From NCBI GenBank assembly GCA_963839475.1, contig CAWIVH010000018.1:9012-73011 (forward strand): a stretch of DNA of 64,000 nucleotides. Reading direction: 5' to 3'. Positions 1 through 10,166 of the stretch are shown here, piece after piece; the stretch's first letter is position 1; every line of letters begins with the position of its first letter. The DNA comes from an uncultured Acidobacteriota bacterium (GTDB lineage Bacteria > Acidobacteriota > UBA6911). The notes beneath the pieces are model-generated. The model searched no databases, had not been told where the DNA came from, and saw only the letters and a program-made list of their open reading frames with translations. The position numbers were made by a program, and so were the translations under genes.

Positions 1-3000
1 GGGACTTCGCTTTCCTCCACTGCCGGCGCGGAGTATTCCCTGACGATTTCCGCGGTGGATAGGTTCGGGAACGTGGTCAGCGGGTATACAGGCACCATTC
101 ACGTTGCAAGTTCTGATATCCGGGCTTCCCATCCGAATGATTACAGTTTTGCTGCAGCAGACCAAGGGATACGAACCCTGACCGGCATGACCTTCAGGAC
201 GTCGGGCCACCAGGAAATCATCGTTTCTGAATTGGGCACAGCGATCCCTATCAACGGCTCTGCCGGGGTAGATGTTTTCGCTGCCGCAGCCTCCTCCATC
301 CGGGTTTCAGGCCTCCCTACCCTTGTGACCGCAGGATCGGCTCAGTCAGTGGTGCTCTCATTTCTGGATCCCTTCGGGAACCTGGCGGTTCCGCCTGATG
401 CGATGATCCACTTCAGTTCGACGGATACAAATGCAGTGCTCCCATCCGAGAGGTTGGCATCTTCGAGCGGTGGTGGAGATATCCCCATCGGCCCGATCGT
501 ATTTAAGAGTGCGGGAGTCCAGACGCTGGCCATTGCTGCCAGGCAGGCGTCCTCCGAGTTTCAGCCGGGGGCCAGCGGGGCGGCCGGCGCCTTACCGGCT
601 GCCAACTTTGAAAATTCTCTTCGGATTGAGGTTTTGCCGGCGGAAGCTGCATCTCTGGTGGTCGCCGCCGATGCAGGATCAACCACCGCAGGAGCCTCAG
701 TCAGAATCCAGGTTACGGCGCGGGATGCCTTTGGGAATACAGCATCTGGCTACGCGGGGAAAGGTGGCGTTCAACATATCGCCCTCCAGCGAATTGGACT
801 TGGTTCCCGACAGCTACATCTTCAATCCGGGATTGGATCGCGGAGTTCATAGTTTCAACCTAATTCTCCGCCTTGCCGGGGATAGGGCTATCCTTGTGAT
901 CGATACTTCCGACAGCCGGATCAAAAACACCGTGAGAGTTGCGGTTACCCCCGGTGCGCCGGCTCGTCTCTCTTTCCAAAATCTTCCAGAATCAAACGTG
1001 GCCGGAAATCTCATTCCCGGAATCAAGCTTTCCGTGGAGGACGCTTTCGGCAATCTCGTGGCCTCCTTCGCCGGAGCCACCATCCTCACATCCACCGATT
1101 CGCGCGCCATAATCCCCGGTGAAATTGCTTTCACAGGCGGATCGGCGATCTTTTCGGCAACGTTTCTCACGGCAGGAGCCGCAAACCTACGGGCAGTTTC
1201 AGGCGATCTATCCGGAACAAGTGCCAGAGTGCAGGTACTGCCCGCTGTGCTGAACGTATTATCCCTAAGCCCGACGAGCGTTGCCATCGCAGCGGGGGGG
1301 AGTCAGCAGTTCACAGCCACCGGCTTCGACCGTTACAACAATCCGCTCGGAGACGTGACAGCAACGACCGCCCTCGTGATCGCTCCTGACGGATCCTGTA
1401 CCGGTTCGACATGCACGGCTACGAATGCGGGAGTACACACCATCACCGGCACCAATAGCGGCAGGATTGCCACAATCTCGATGATAGTGAATCCGGGAAC
1501 CCTGAACCGCATTGTGTTGAGTTCGGCCAGCAGCGCAATTTCAGCCGGGGAGAGCATTGCTTTCAGGGCCATCGGATTTGATTTTTACAGCAATTCACTC
1601 GGGGATGTGGCAGCAACAACCGCGCTCTCGATCGCTCCTGACGGATCCTGCACCGGAACGACATGCACAGCAACCAAGGCCGGCTTGCATACGATCACCG
1701 GAACCAACGGCGACAAAGTTGCCACGGTCTCGTTCATGGTGAATCCCGGAGCCTTGAACAGCGTTGTGCTGAGCCCTGCCAGTAGCACCATTTTAGCCGG
1801 GGGGAGCCAGTTGTTCACGGCTAACGGATTCGACCTATATAACAACCCGCTCGGGGATATGGCCGCAGCCACAGTCCTCTCGATCGCCCCAGACGGATCC
1901 TGCTCCGGGATGACATGCTCAGCAACGAAAGCCGGCGCCCATTCAATCAGCGCAGCCAACATGGGCAAGGTAACCACAGCCTCGCTGATGATAAATCCCG
2001 AAACCCTGAACACTCTTGTGCTCAGCGCCGCAAGCAGCGCAATTTCGGCAGGGGAGAGTCTGTCGATCACGGCCAGCGGATTCGACCGCCACAACAACCC
2101 GCTCGGGGATGTGGCCGCAGCGACGGCTCTTTCGATCGCTCCTGACGGGTCCTGCGCCGGTTTGACATGCACTGCGACGAAGGCCGGCAGGCATACGATC
2201 ACAGGCACCAACGGCGGTAGAGTGGCCTCGATCTCGCTGAATGTGAATCCCGGAGCCTTGAACAGCATCGCGCTGAGCCCCGCCAACAGCGCAATTTCAG
2301 CAGGGGCAAGCCAAGCATTCACAGCCAGCGGATTCGACCGCTATAATAATCCGCTCGGGGATGTGGCCGCTGTTACCAGGTTTTCAATTTCCCCTGACGG
2401 TCTGTGCTCCAATGCAAACTGTTCCGCGACAAGCGCAGGAATTCACACCGTGACCGCCACCAGTGGTGGAATATCAGTCCAGTCAACCCTGATGGTAAAT
2501 GCCGGCGCCCTGAACGCAATAGTCATTAGTCCGGCCAATGCCTCTATCAGCGCCGGAGGCAACCAGGCTTTTACGGCAACCGGAATCGACCGTTACAACA
2601 ATCCTCTTGGGGATGTGACATCTGCCACCATGTTTTCCATGGTTCCCGACGGGTCATGCGTCAACTCAACCTGTTCGGCAACGACGGCCGGATTGCACAC
2701 CGTAACCGGCACCAACAATGGCAGGTCCACAACGGCCTCCCTGAATGTCACTGCCGGCGCGCTCAGCAGCATGACTCTGAATCCGCCGAGTGCATCGATC
2801 AGTGCCGGCGGCAACCAGGTGTTCAAAGCGAATGGATTCGACCGCTACAACAACCCGCTCGGGGATGTAACCGCCGCTGCCAAGTTTTCAATTGCCCCTG
2901 ACGGGCTGTGCTCCAATGCTAACTGTTCCGCGACAAGCGCAGGAATTCACGCCGTGACCGCCATCAGTGGTGGTATATCCGCCCAATCAGCCCTGATCGT

Positions 3001-3898
3001 AAATGCCGGCGCCTTGAACGCTATTGCCATCAGTCCGGCGAATGCCTCTATCAGCGCCGGAGGCAACCAGACTTTTACGGCAACCGGAATCGACCGCTAC
3101 AACAATCCCCTTGGGGATGTGACATCAGGCACCGTGTTTTCCCTGACTCCTGACGGGTCGTGCGTCAACGCAACCTGTTCGGCCACAACAGCCGGATTGC
3201 ACACCGTAACAGGCACGAATAATGGCAGGTCCGCAACTGCCTCCCTGAATGTCAACGCCAGCGCGCTCAGCAGTATTGTCCTGAGCCCGGCGAACGCGAC
3301 GATCGGATCCGGCGGGAGCCAGGTGTACACGGCGGGCGGGTTCGACCGCTACAACAACCCACTCGGAGATGTGACGGCATCCACTCAGTTTTCCATTGCC
3401 CCCGACGGATCCTGCGTCAACTCGATCCGTTCGGCAACGACCATCGGATTGCTTGTCGTAGCCACGAATAGCGGTTCTATATGTACAGCCTCGGCATCAG
3501 GATTGCACACAGTTACGGGCGTGATCGGCAACATCAGCGCTCAGGCATTCCTCCGAATCGATCCGCCACCGGCCGTGGCCCTGCAAATACCCGAAATAAC
3601 CGGTCCCATCGTGGAGGGGACGAAGATCAGCCTTGTCGTCAGCGCTCGCGACCGTTTCGGAAACATTGCGGTTGGATATCGCGGCACCGTGCACTTCAGC
3701 TCGGCCGATAAGAACATAAATCTTCCAAAGGATTACACTTTTGTCGAGAGTGATGCCGGTATCCACAGATTTGAGATCCTGGAGACGGGCAGCAGCAAAG
3801 ACTCTGTAACCATTACCGTTGTCGATATCAACTCAACGGCAGTAGCCGCTGCTCAAACCGTCCTCCGGATCGAAGACGATGACAAGACTGGATCGTAA
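1..3898 (+). CDS. Giant secreted/surface protein with tandem bacterial Ig-like (Big_2-type) repeats. It is 5'-partial and enters the window in frame. An apparent +1 frameshift near nt ~763 joins frame-1 ORF (..852) to frame-2 ORF (..3898).
   Basis: Frame 1 is open from nt 1 to the stop at 852. The frame-2 ORF 431..3898 becomes protein-like only from ~nt 760. A motif D[RA]FGNxxxGYxGxxxFxSxD..DYxFxxxDxGxHxF recurs at nt ~55, ~370, ~720 and ~3640. Frame 1 'SGYAGK' plus frame 2 'VAFNISPSS' rebuild this motif across nt 760-766 (ggggaaaGgtggcg). The centre holds nine 85-aa repeats LSPAxxxIxAGxSQxFTAxGFDRYNNPLGDVxxxTxFSIAPDGSCxxxTCSATxAGxHTxTGTN. Confidence 0.6.
1261..3555 (+). repeat. Tandem array of 9 x ~255-bp coding repeats (Ig-like domains). 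It includes a higher-order ~510-bp duplication: repeats 5+6 (2271-2780) are near-identical to repeats 7+8 (2781-3290).
   Basis: Strings such as gaccgctacaacaacccgctcggggatgt, gcccctgacgggctgtgctccaatgc(a/t)aactgttccgcgacaagcgcaggaattcac and cagtccggc(c/g)aatgcctctatcagcgccggaggcaaccag recur with 255-bp period. Repeat 9 carries an internal ~16-aa partial duplication (SATTIGLLVVATNSGS / TASASGLHTVTGVIGN). Confidence 0.85.
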
Positions 3899-4001
3899 CC
3901 AAATGACGCAGAGTTGGAGCGCGAAGGGCAGAAATTCATCGGATGGCGGATAAATCCCAAGGTTTTGAGTCAGATGCGGAAAGCGAAAATCAGGAGGTTT
4001 C

Positions 4002-4463
4002 ATGCGTCCTATGATGCGAAGCGTCCTGGGCGTGGGAGCAGGATTCATTTTGGCGAGCGCTATCATGATGGCGCTTGAGTCGGTCAATGGCAGATTTCTC
4101 TACCCCGAGCTGGGGAAACTCGAGGAGGGAGTTAAAGATAGAGATGCGCTGAAGAGCATTCTTTCCCGTGCTCCGACTGGCGCTTTCTTTGTCGTGATCC
4201 TCGGATGGGTGCTTGGGAGCATTGCTGGCGGTTGCATGGCAGCCTTGATTGGCAAGCGAGCCCCAGTTGGACATTCCCTGGTCCTCGGCGGCATTTTAAC
4301 GCTGGCCGGCATCGCCACCAACCTGATGATCCCCCCACCGCTCTGGTTCTGGATCGTCGGGCTTATGGTATTCCTCCCGGCTGCTTTTGCCGGGGGACGA
4401 CTCGCGCAGCGGCTAACACCCCGGGAGGAAAATAATGCCATGGGAAGCCGATACTATAACTGA
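4002..4463 (+). CDS. Hypothetical small integral membrane protein (3-4 predicted TM helices)
   Basis: ORF of 153 aa with hydrophobic segments (GVGAGFILASAIMMAL; FFVVILGWVLGSIAGGCMAALIG; LVLGGILTLAGIATNLMIPPPLWFWIVGLMVFLPAAFAGG). There is a strong RBS caggagg 6 nt upstream of the ATG. Confidence 0.5.
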   Translation: MRPMMRSVLGVGAGFILASAIMMALESVNGRFLYPELGKLEEGVKDRDALKSILSRAPTGAFFVVILGWVLGSIAGGCMAALIGKRAPVGHSLVLGGILTLAGIATNLMIPPPLWFWIVGLMVFLPAAFAGGRLAQRLTPREENNAMGSRYYN

Positions 4464-5040
4464 TTGAGGCCACCATGTTTCGGCCATCTCAGTTCATCAT
4501 GTGGGCATTTTGTGTCTCGCGTCAGGATTGGCACCGGTTGGATTGGAGGCCGGCTTTTGCGATAGACCGGATATGGGCGAACCCAGTGTCCGGTTCAGTT
4601 TAATGCAGGATATGCGCCTGAATCGGTCGCGGGCTTGTCATCAAATTCACGCCCGATGCATGGATGGAAAAGTATCAAGGACTCCGCTGGACTTGAGACT
4701 GTGAGGCGGATGGCGAGTTTCCGGCAGATCCGATTTCGACACTGGACACATCGCGCCTCCACATAGATAGCCGGCGCGCCTTGATTGGAGCTCGAAGGTC
4801 AGCCACAGCCGTCAATTACATTATGTAAGCTATTACGATCATCTCAGTTGGCATCCAGGCAGCCTGTAATGCCGGATTTAAAGGGAGTTCGGCTCGGATT
4901 GAGCTGGATCTAGAGATGGTGCATGGGTTTGCCGGCGATGGAAACAATAGACTGATGCAAGCCTTTGTGCTGGAGGATATTGCGGCTCGCTTGGGTTAAC
5001 TCCAACCGCTTTCTGCCGTCCCTGGATCGGAATTGTCTGC

Positions 5041-5193
5041 CCCATTTTCGTGGACCCATTTTCGTGGACACCCATCAAAGGCAACCCTGGGAACCTGGAC
5101 ACCCATCAAAGGCAAACCTGGAAATCTGGACACCCATCAAAGGCACAAAAAAGTGGGTGTCCACAACCTCAGGCAAAAAAGTGGGTGTCCACA
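5041..5193. repeat. Intergenic array of short direct and inverted repeats. It has 2 x ccattttcgtggac, 3 x CTGGACACCCATCAAAGGCA (spaced 30-31 bp), then 2 x AAAAAAGTGGGTGTCCACA in inverse orientation. It is REP/REPIN-like.
   Basis: Exact copies are visible at 5042/5056, at 5064/5095/5125 and at 5147/5175. GGACACCC and GGGTGTCC are reverse complements, so the cluster can fold into long imperfect hairpins. Confidence 0.7.
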
Positions 5194-5271
5194 GGCGGTG
5201 CTACGATCGATCGCACACCCTATGAGCCGCCGCGATTCCCAAAGAGCAGCGGATTCCCTTGCTCCTGGAAG

Positions 5272-6029
5272 TCACTGGCAATTCGGGACGCCCGCATAGC
5301 AGAATGTGGTGCCATTAAAGGTGAAGCATCCCTTTTCCCCGGTAGACTGATACCGAATCTGGCTTTGGCTGCCATCTTTTTCAACCAGCGTAATTACGCC
5401 TTGCTGTTGGTTCCCCTGAACCGACCAGCGGCCTTGGCCTCTGTTCTGGTTCGCCGTACCCCATGCACCTGTCTGGTTGCCAAGCCCATCACGCATGGTG
5501 CCCGAGTAGCTGGATTCGGAGGCATTGTAATAAATGCCGTTGGGGCACAGCATGACCTTCCGTTCGGTAGAACCCGAATACGAATACCACGAACCAGACA
5601 TCGCTTGGAGCAGGGCAGGATCGCTCGGGCCGGCTGCGGCGCCGCCGACTGGCGCTGAAGCAGCAGCTCCCTTGGCGTAATCCATGACGCCCCCTTCGGC
5701 GCTCAGATCGATATCCATCCTGATGCTCTTCTTGACCAGCACCACCTCCCGGGAGACCTTTCCGACCTTTACAACATACGTTCCAGGCATCAGGTTATTG
5801 AACTTGTACCTGCCCAGGAAATTGGTGGAAACACTGTCTACTGGATCTGGCTTGTCCTTGATAAAGAGGACCACATTCAGGCCGGGCGCGGCGGAAGTCG
5901 AAGAATTTCCCACATAGCCGGAAATGTTCAACTTGTCCTCGCCACTTGAACGGCTGGAAGAATAGACAGGCAAACAGCTTGAAACAAATGTCGCCAAAAA
6001 GATGGGCAGCATGCGAATCATCGTATTCA
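5272..6029 (-). CDS. Secreted protein with a carboxypeptidase-regulatory-like (CarboxypepD_reg / transthyretin-like) beta-sandwich domain. Hypothetical.
   Basis: The N-terminus MNTMIRMLPIFLATFVSSC is signal-peptide-like. An RBS GGAGG precedes the ATG at 6029. The segment GYVGNSS..VVLFIKDK..GRYKFNNLMPGTYVVKV is typical of CarboxypepD_reg folds. The longer ORF reaching 6129 is probably upstream read-through. Confidence 0.5.
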
Positions 6030-6344
6030 TGACATCCTCCATCAGCCGGCTTGATAATATGGTTGCCGCAAAGGGTCCGGTCGCAAAGTGGAGATAATCT
6101 GAACGGGAAGTACGCTTGAACTGGAGCACGACCGTAACGCAGTCTCAGCTTCCCCATTGAAGGTGCAACATGACAGCATTCTTTTTTAAGCCCATACCTG
6201 GGCAAATTATATACTCAACTGAAATTTATGGAGATACGTATATCTCATTGGCTGGCGGCTGAGGTTCGGCGGCTCGGAGCCGCCTGCAAACTCAGATCTG
6301 AGGCCGGATATCGGTAAGAACTCGTCTGCATCGCCTCTGAACAG

Positions 6345-7058
6345 GTGGAATTGAGCTGGCCGGAAATATCAATGAGACAGATTCAATCGCCCGCGGAGCC
6401 CGTCTTTGAAAATTTTTCTCTGGCTGGCAAAACGGTGATCGATGTTGGCTGCGGAACCGGCGATCTGGTAAGGCGGATGACCGGTCAACGAGCTCGCGTA
6501 ACCGGCATCGACACGGCAATAATGCTGGAGAAAGCCCAACGGATCCCGGCCATCGGGGGCGAGAAATACCTGGTCGGACGCGCGGAGGCGCTTCCCCTCC
6601 CGGATCATTGCGCAGATCTGGTTTTATATATAGCCAGTTTTCATCACGTTCCTGAAGACAAGGAGATTGAGGCTCTCTTGGAATGTCGCCGTGTCCTGAA
6701 AACACGATGCCACGCCTTCTTCGTGGAACCGATAGCCCAGCCCGATTCGTACTATCTAATCACGCGGCTGATCGAGGATGAGGCTGCTATTCAGGGAAAG
6801 GCCTACCAATCACTCCTGGCAGCCGGCCATGTCGGACTCGAGATGAAGGATGAAGAAATCATCTACGTGGAGAGATCCTTCGCTGATTATCTGACCCTCC
6901 TCGAGCTTTTTGTGGAAGACGATCAGCAGAGAATTGAAGTGCGGGAACTCGCGAGGAGATTGACTGAACAGCTTTGCGCCGAAACCCGAACTCATTTTGA
7001 GGATTATCGATACCGGTCGATTTGTCGAGCGATGCTTTTTGAAAAAACTTGGGATTAA
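6345..7058 (+). CDS. Class I SAM-dependent methyltransferase
   Basis: Motif I VIDVGCGTGDL; the ORF translation is globular and about 230 aa long, as expected for this fold. Confidence 0.8.
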   Translation: MELSWPEISMRQIQSPAEPVFENFSLAGKTVIDVGCGTGDLVRRMTGQRARVTGIDTAIMLEKAQRIPAIGGEKYLVGRAEALPLPDHCADLVLYIASFHHVPEDKEIEALLECRRVLKTRCHAFFVEPIAQPDSYYLITRLIEDEAAIQGKAYQSLLAAGHVGLEMKDEEIIYVERSFADYLTLLELFVEDDQQRIEVRELARRLTEQLCAETRTHFEDYRYRSICRAMLFEKTWD

Positions 7059-7200
7059 CTGCAATCACCGCTCAGGCAGCCGGAATCTTCCGGGGCGCAA
7101 ATACAGAGAACCATAAGCTTTAGCGCATGATTGAGCTCTATACGCAGCTATGTGGCGTCCAAGTGCCGACCGGACCCCCACTGCGGCGGAGGTGACATCG

Positions 7201-7761
7201 ATGGATTCCATCAAATTGCGGCACGGGCTTGGGGTCATCAGTTGTCTTTGTATCATGGGATGCTCTGGTGGACTTGAGTGGTCACTAGCCGAGGAACTCC
7301 CGGCAACCTTTTACCCGACTTCGTCCCAGGACGAAAAAGTGACAATCGCCAAAGTGATCACCGACTCGATCTGCTGGGCCTTGACCAAAGACAGGGCACT
7401 TGCCGAAAGTACTTTGGCTCATGACGAGGACCTGTTTTATTTCTGGACGAATTCCACCTTCACCGTCCATGGGTGGAAACAACACCTCAAATATTTCGAC
7501 ACCTGGATGGACCCACGGTTCAGGGCAATACGAACCGAGGTGCGAGATCTGCAGATACACCTCTCCGGATCCGGGGACGTCGCCTGGTACTCCGCCACCC
7601 TCGATGATGTCGTCGAATTTGATGGAAAGCGGGGCGGCGCTGAAGATATCCGCTGGACCGGGGTCCTCGAAAAAAGAGATGGCAAATGGGTGATCGTACA
7701 AATGCACGCATCCCTGGCCGCTGACAAGATTCTTGAAAAGGCAAAAAGCGGCAGCCGGTAA
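7201..7761 (+). CDS. NTF2-like / SnoaL-like (DUF4440-type) lipoprotein
   Basis: Lipobox-like LCIMGCSGG after a hydrophobic leader. The C-terminal DGKWVIVQMHAS is typical of NTF2-like folds. The ORF could start earlier, at 7150. Confidence 0.55.
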   Translation: MDSIKLRHGLGVISCLCIMGCSGGLEWSLAEELPATFYPTSSQDEKVTIAKVITDSICWALTKDRALAESTLAHDEDLFYFWTNSTFTVHGWKQHLKYFDTWMDPRFRAIRTEVRDLQIHLSGSGDVAWYSATLDDVVEFDGKRGGAEDIRWTGVLEKRDGKWVIVQMHASLAADKILEKAKSGSR

Positions 7762-7869
7762 CGCAGCCTTCATCCTGACAACAATAAACAGGACTCTTGG
7801 CAGCCACTTCCCGGGTTTCTGCCCAGTTGGTCTATCGACCACGATTCCGGATACTTACTTTTTAGAGAG

Positions 7870-8600
7870 AATCGCGTGAGGCGATAAAAAGGGTTTTGCC
7901 ATCCATCCCGCCGAAAACATGGAAGTTCGCAAATTGAATGTCGCGGCAACCCGACACCTTCACAGCCTATGGGAACGGCGTGTTACTGCTGATAACCCGG
8001 TAGAAATAAGTGCTGGCAAACTGTAGATTCCTCGAATGGGTGATCTCAAGGGGAAGCGCACGCGAACCCTCGCTACGTTCCTCTTCGAACTGCATGGCAA
8101 ATATCTTCCAGTTGGAGGCATTCCGGACGACCACTTCGTTCCGGACATGATGTTCAATGGACATCGCGTAGATCCTGCCCATGGTGGAAGTATCCGAAAT
8201 CTGCATTCCCGATTGCGCGAGGGTGCTCGGGGAACAGATGTTCTTGAAGGTCCCTCCACCTCCATCGGTTACCTACAAACTGGAATACTGGCTGTCCCAT
8301 TTTCGGTTCAAATCCGGGTCGGCTGTGCGCGTATTGTTATAAACCTGCACTCTCGATCCGTCGGGATTGGATGTCCCATGACCTCCAAGCAAGCGGACAT
8401 CGTCCAACATGGAATCAGCCCCGGCCATCCACGTCAATCGCCTGTTGAATCGCGTCTGTCGTGTCCATGCCTCCGCCGGAGGATGAGCACAGATCAGCCG
8501 GGTCCAATTAAGCCGCCTTTGAATCATTCAGTCGAACCGCATAAATCGATTGCGCATGGACCGGCATGGCTATTGCCAGGAGGAAAAGCAAGCCTATGGG
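7870..8600 (-). pseudogene. Possible degraded remnant of a right-handed beta-helix (pectate-lyase-superfamily-like) secreted protein. Multiple frame breaks.
   Basis: Minus-strand frames give protein-like fragments interrupted by stops: MPVHAQSIYAVRLNDSKAA*, ..MDTTDAIQQAIDVDGRG.., and ISDTSTMGRIYAMSIEHHVRNEVVVRNASNWKIFAMQFEEE. The plus-strand ORF 8036..8731 translates to low-complexity junk. Confidence 0.2.
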
Positions 8601-9142
8601 ATGCATGTTCAGCGCTATTATTCGCTTCGGGAAGACTACGGGGAAAAGGATCTCCAGGGTCAGAAAGCAATGCTTCCGTGAGCCGGGTTTGGGAAGTGTG
8701 TATATCGGAAGACTGCCGCATCATTCAATAAGAGGCATGCTATTGCCTGTGGAACATCGAGGATGACCTATGAATAAGAGAGTCATGCCTTTCCTTTTCC
8801 TATCCTTGATACCTACGACTGGCCTGGCTCAGGCAATCAAGGCAGATCAAGTGCCGGCGGTTAGAAAGGCATTTCAAAACAGGTTCGCGGGCGTCAAAAC
8901 GTCGAATGCTTGAGGCTAAGTACTCTTGTTCGTAAATACGATAACGTATGCGCCGAGCGCGGCGGCCCTGGATGCGCGAAGCGACGACGAAGACGATGCC
9001 AGCCATCGTCGAGGAGGAGCGACAAAGCAGACAGGGCCGCCCCGCCGGCGCCCGGAAAGTAAATGATCCTGATGATGGCTAGGCCATCAAGCAGTCGTGC
9101 GAAGAATATGCCAAAGCCGTCAATGCCAAAGACGCCAAAGCT

Positions 9143-9841
9143 GTGGCCACCCAAATGACCGACAAAACAGTCTATGCCGATCCCAACATTCCGGCTGTAG
9201 CCGGGAAAGAGGCCATTCAAAAACTGCATCAGGTCTATTTTGACCTTTATGACTTCCAGTTCGGCATGCCGGTCGCCGATGTTCAGGTTTCGGGCAACCT
9301 GGGGGCTGCACGCGGAACCTGGACCCAAAAACTCACCCCCAAGACCGAAGGACTGGCGACAATCAGCGACACCGGCAGTTGGACCGGCGTATTGAAGCAC
9401 CAAAGCGATGGGTCCTGGAAATGGGATTCTGTGATCGCCAACAGTGACCGGCCGATGCCCGGCACAACTGCTGAAGACACCGAGGAAAAGGCACTGATTC
9501 AAATTCAAAAGGATTGGGCCAATGCCCTGCTGAAATCAGATTTTGCGGTGCTCGATCGTTTCACGGCGAAGGAGTGGACTTACAATTCCGAAGGCCAGGT
9601 AATGAGCAGAGCACAATCTATCGCCGAGTCCAAATCAGGAGCGATGAAAATCACTTCCCTGGAGTTGAAGGATTTGAGTCCGCAGGTGTTTGGGGATGTC
9701 GCGGTGGTGACGATGACCGTGGTTATAAAAGGCAAATACAAAGGCAGTGATATACCTGGGCCAACCCGCAGCACCGACTTTTTCGTCAAACGCGACGGGC
9801 GGTGGCAGGCGGTAAGCACCCAGAACATTACGATCAAGTGA
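9143..9841 (+). CDS. Tandem NTF2-like/DUF4440 domain protein. The true N-terminus probably lies upstream and is disrupted.
   Basis: Two copies of the DUF4440-type pattern are present (..WANALLKSDFAVLDRFTAKEWTYNSEG.., ..FFVKRDGRWQAVSTQNT). The in-frame extension upstream (EEYAKAVNAKDAKAVATQMTDK) continues the domain but is cut by a TAG at 9080-9082. A signal-peptide ORF (8770-8913, MNKRVMPFLFLSLIPTTGLAQA) lies in another frame. Confidence 0.6.
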   Translation: MATQMTDKTVYADPNIPAVAGKEAIQKLHQVYFDLYDFQFGMPVADVQVSGNLGAARGTWTQKLTPKTEGLATISDTGSWTGVLKHQSDGSWKWDSVIANSDRPMPGTTAEDTEEKALIQIQKDWANALLKSDFAVLDRFTAKEWTYNSEGQVMSRAQSIAESKSGAMKITSLELKDLSPQVFGDVAVVTMTVVIKGKYKGSDIPGPTRSTDFFVKRDGRWQAVSTQNITIK

Positions 9842-10166
9842 CGATCGTTGTTTAGCCTGAGCACGGAGGCGCTCCGAGGATTGGTTGTGTCTTTTAATTA
9901 TTTTGGCGGTCGAAACCCAAGAAATCTGTGGAAGATTCTCGAAACAGCGGTTCCAAACCGGGAGCAGTTCTCGAAATATGAAAGCGCGCCGAGAGTGAGG
10001 CATGATCGAATTACCCATTGTCGCGCTCTCGGCATTTCACCCTTGTGATTTGTCATCCGGTGCATCTAGCGAGCCCTGATCAACCTAAAGCGCGATAAAG
10101 CACTGGCAAAAATCAGCACCCGCGGACAGCGGGAGGCTCCCCCCACCCTTCTGGAGCCACCTGCTT

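Noticed and set aside
1585-2322. 245-aa minus-strand ORF (and similar ORFs at 1333-1572, 2593-2826, 3097-3330) with their own internal repeats
   Set aside because: They are the antisense reading of the 255-bp Ig-like coding repeats. Their periodicity is inherited from the plus strand, and their composition is Ala/Pro/Leu-rich, typical of an off-strand frame in GC-rich DNA.
1261-3555. Considered whether the regular 255-bp tandem repeats could be a CRISPR array or a satellite
   Set aside because: The repeats are in frame, protein-coding and Ig-like. There are no unique spacers. The 5041-5193 array has 20-mers but only ~10-bp near-identical 'spacers', so it is not CRISPR either.
8036-8731. 231-aa plus-strand ORF
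   Set aside because: Its translation is low-complexity (R/G/P/S-rich) with no RBS. The region looks more like a decayed minus-strand gene. That decayed gene is reported separately as a low-confidence pseudogene.
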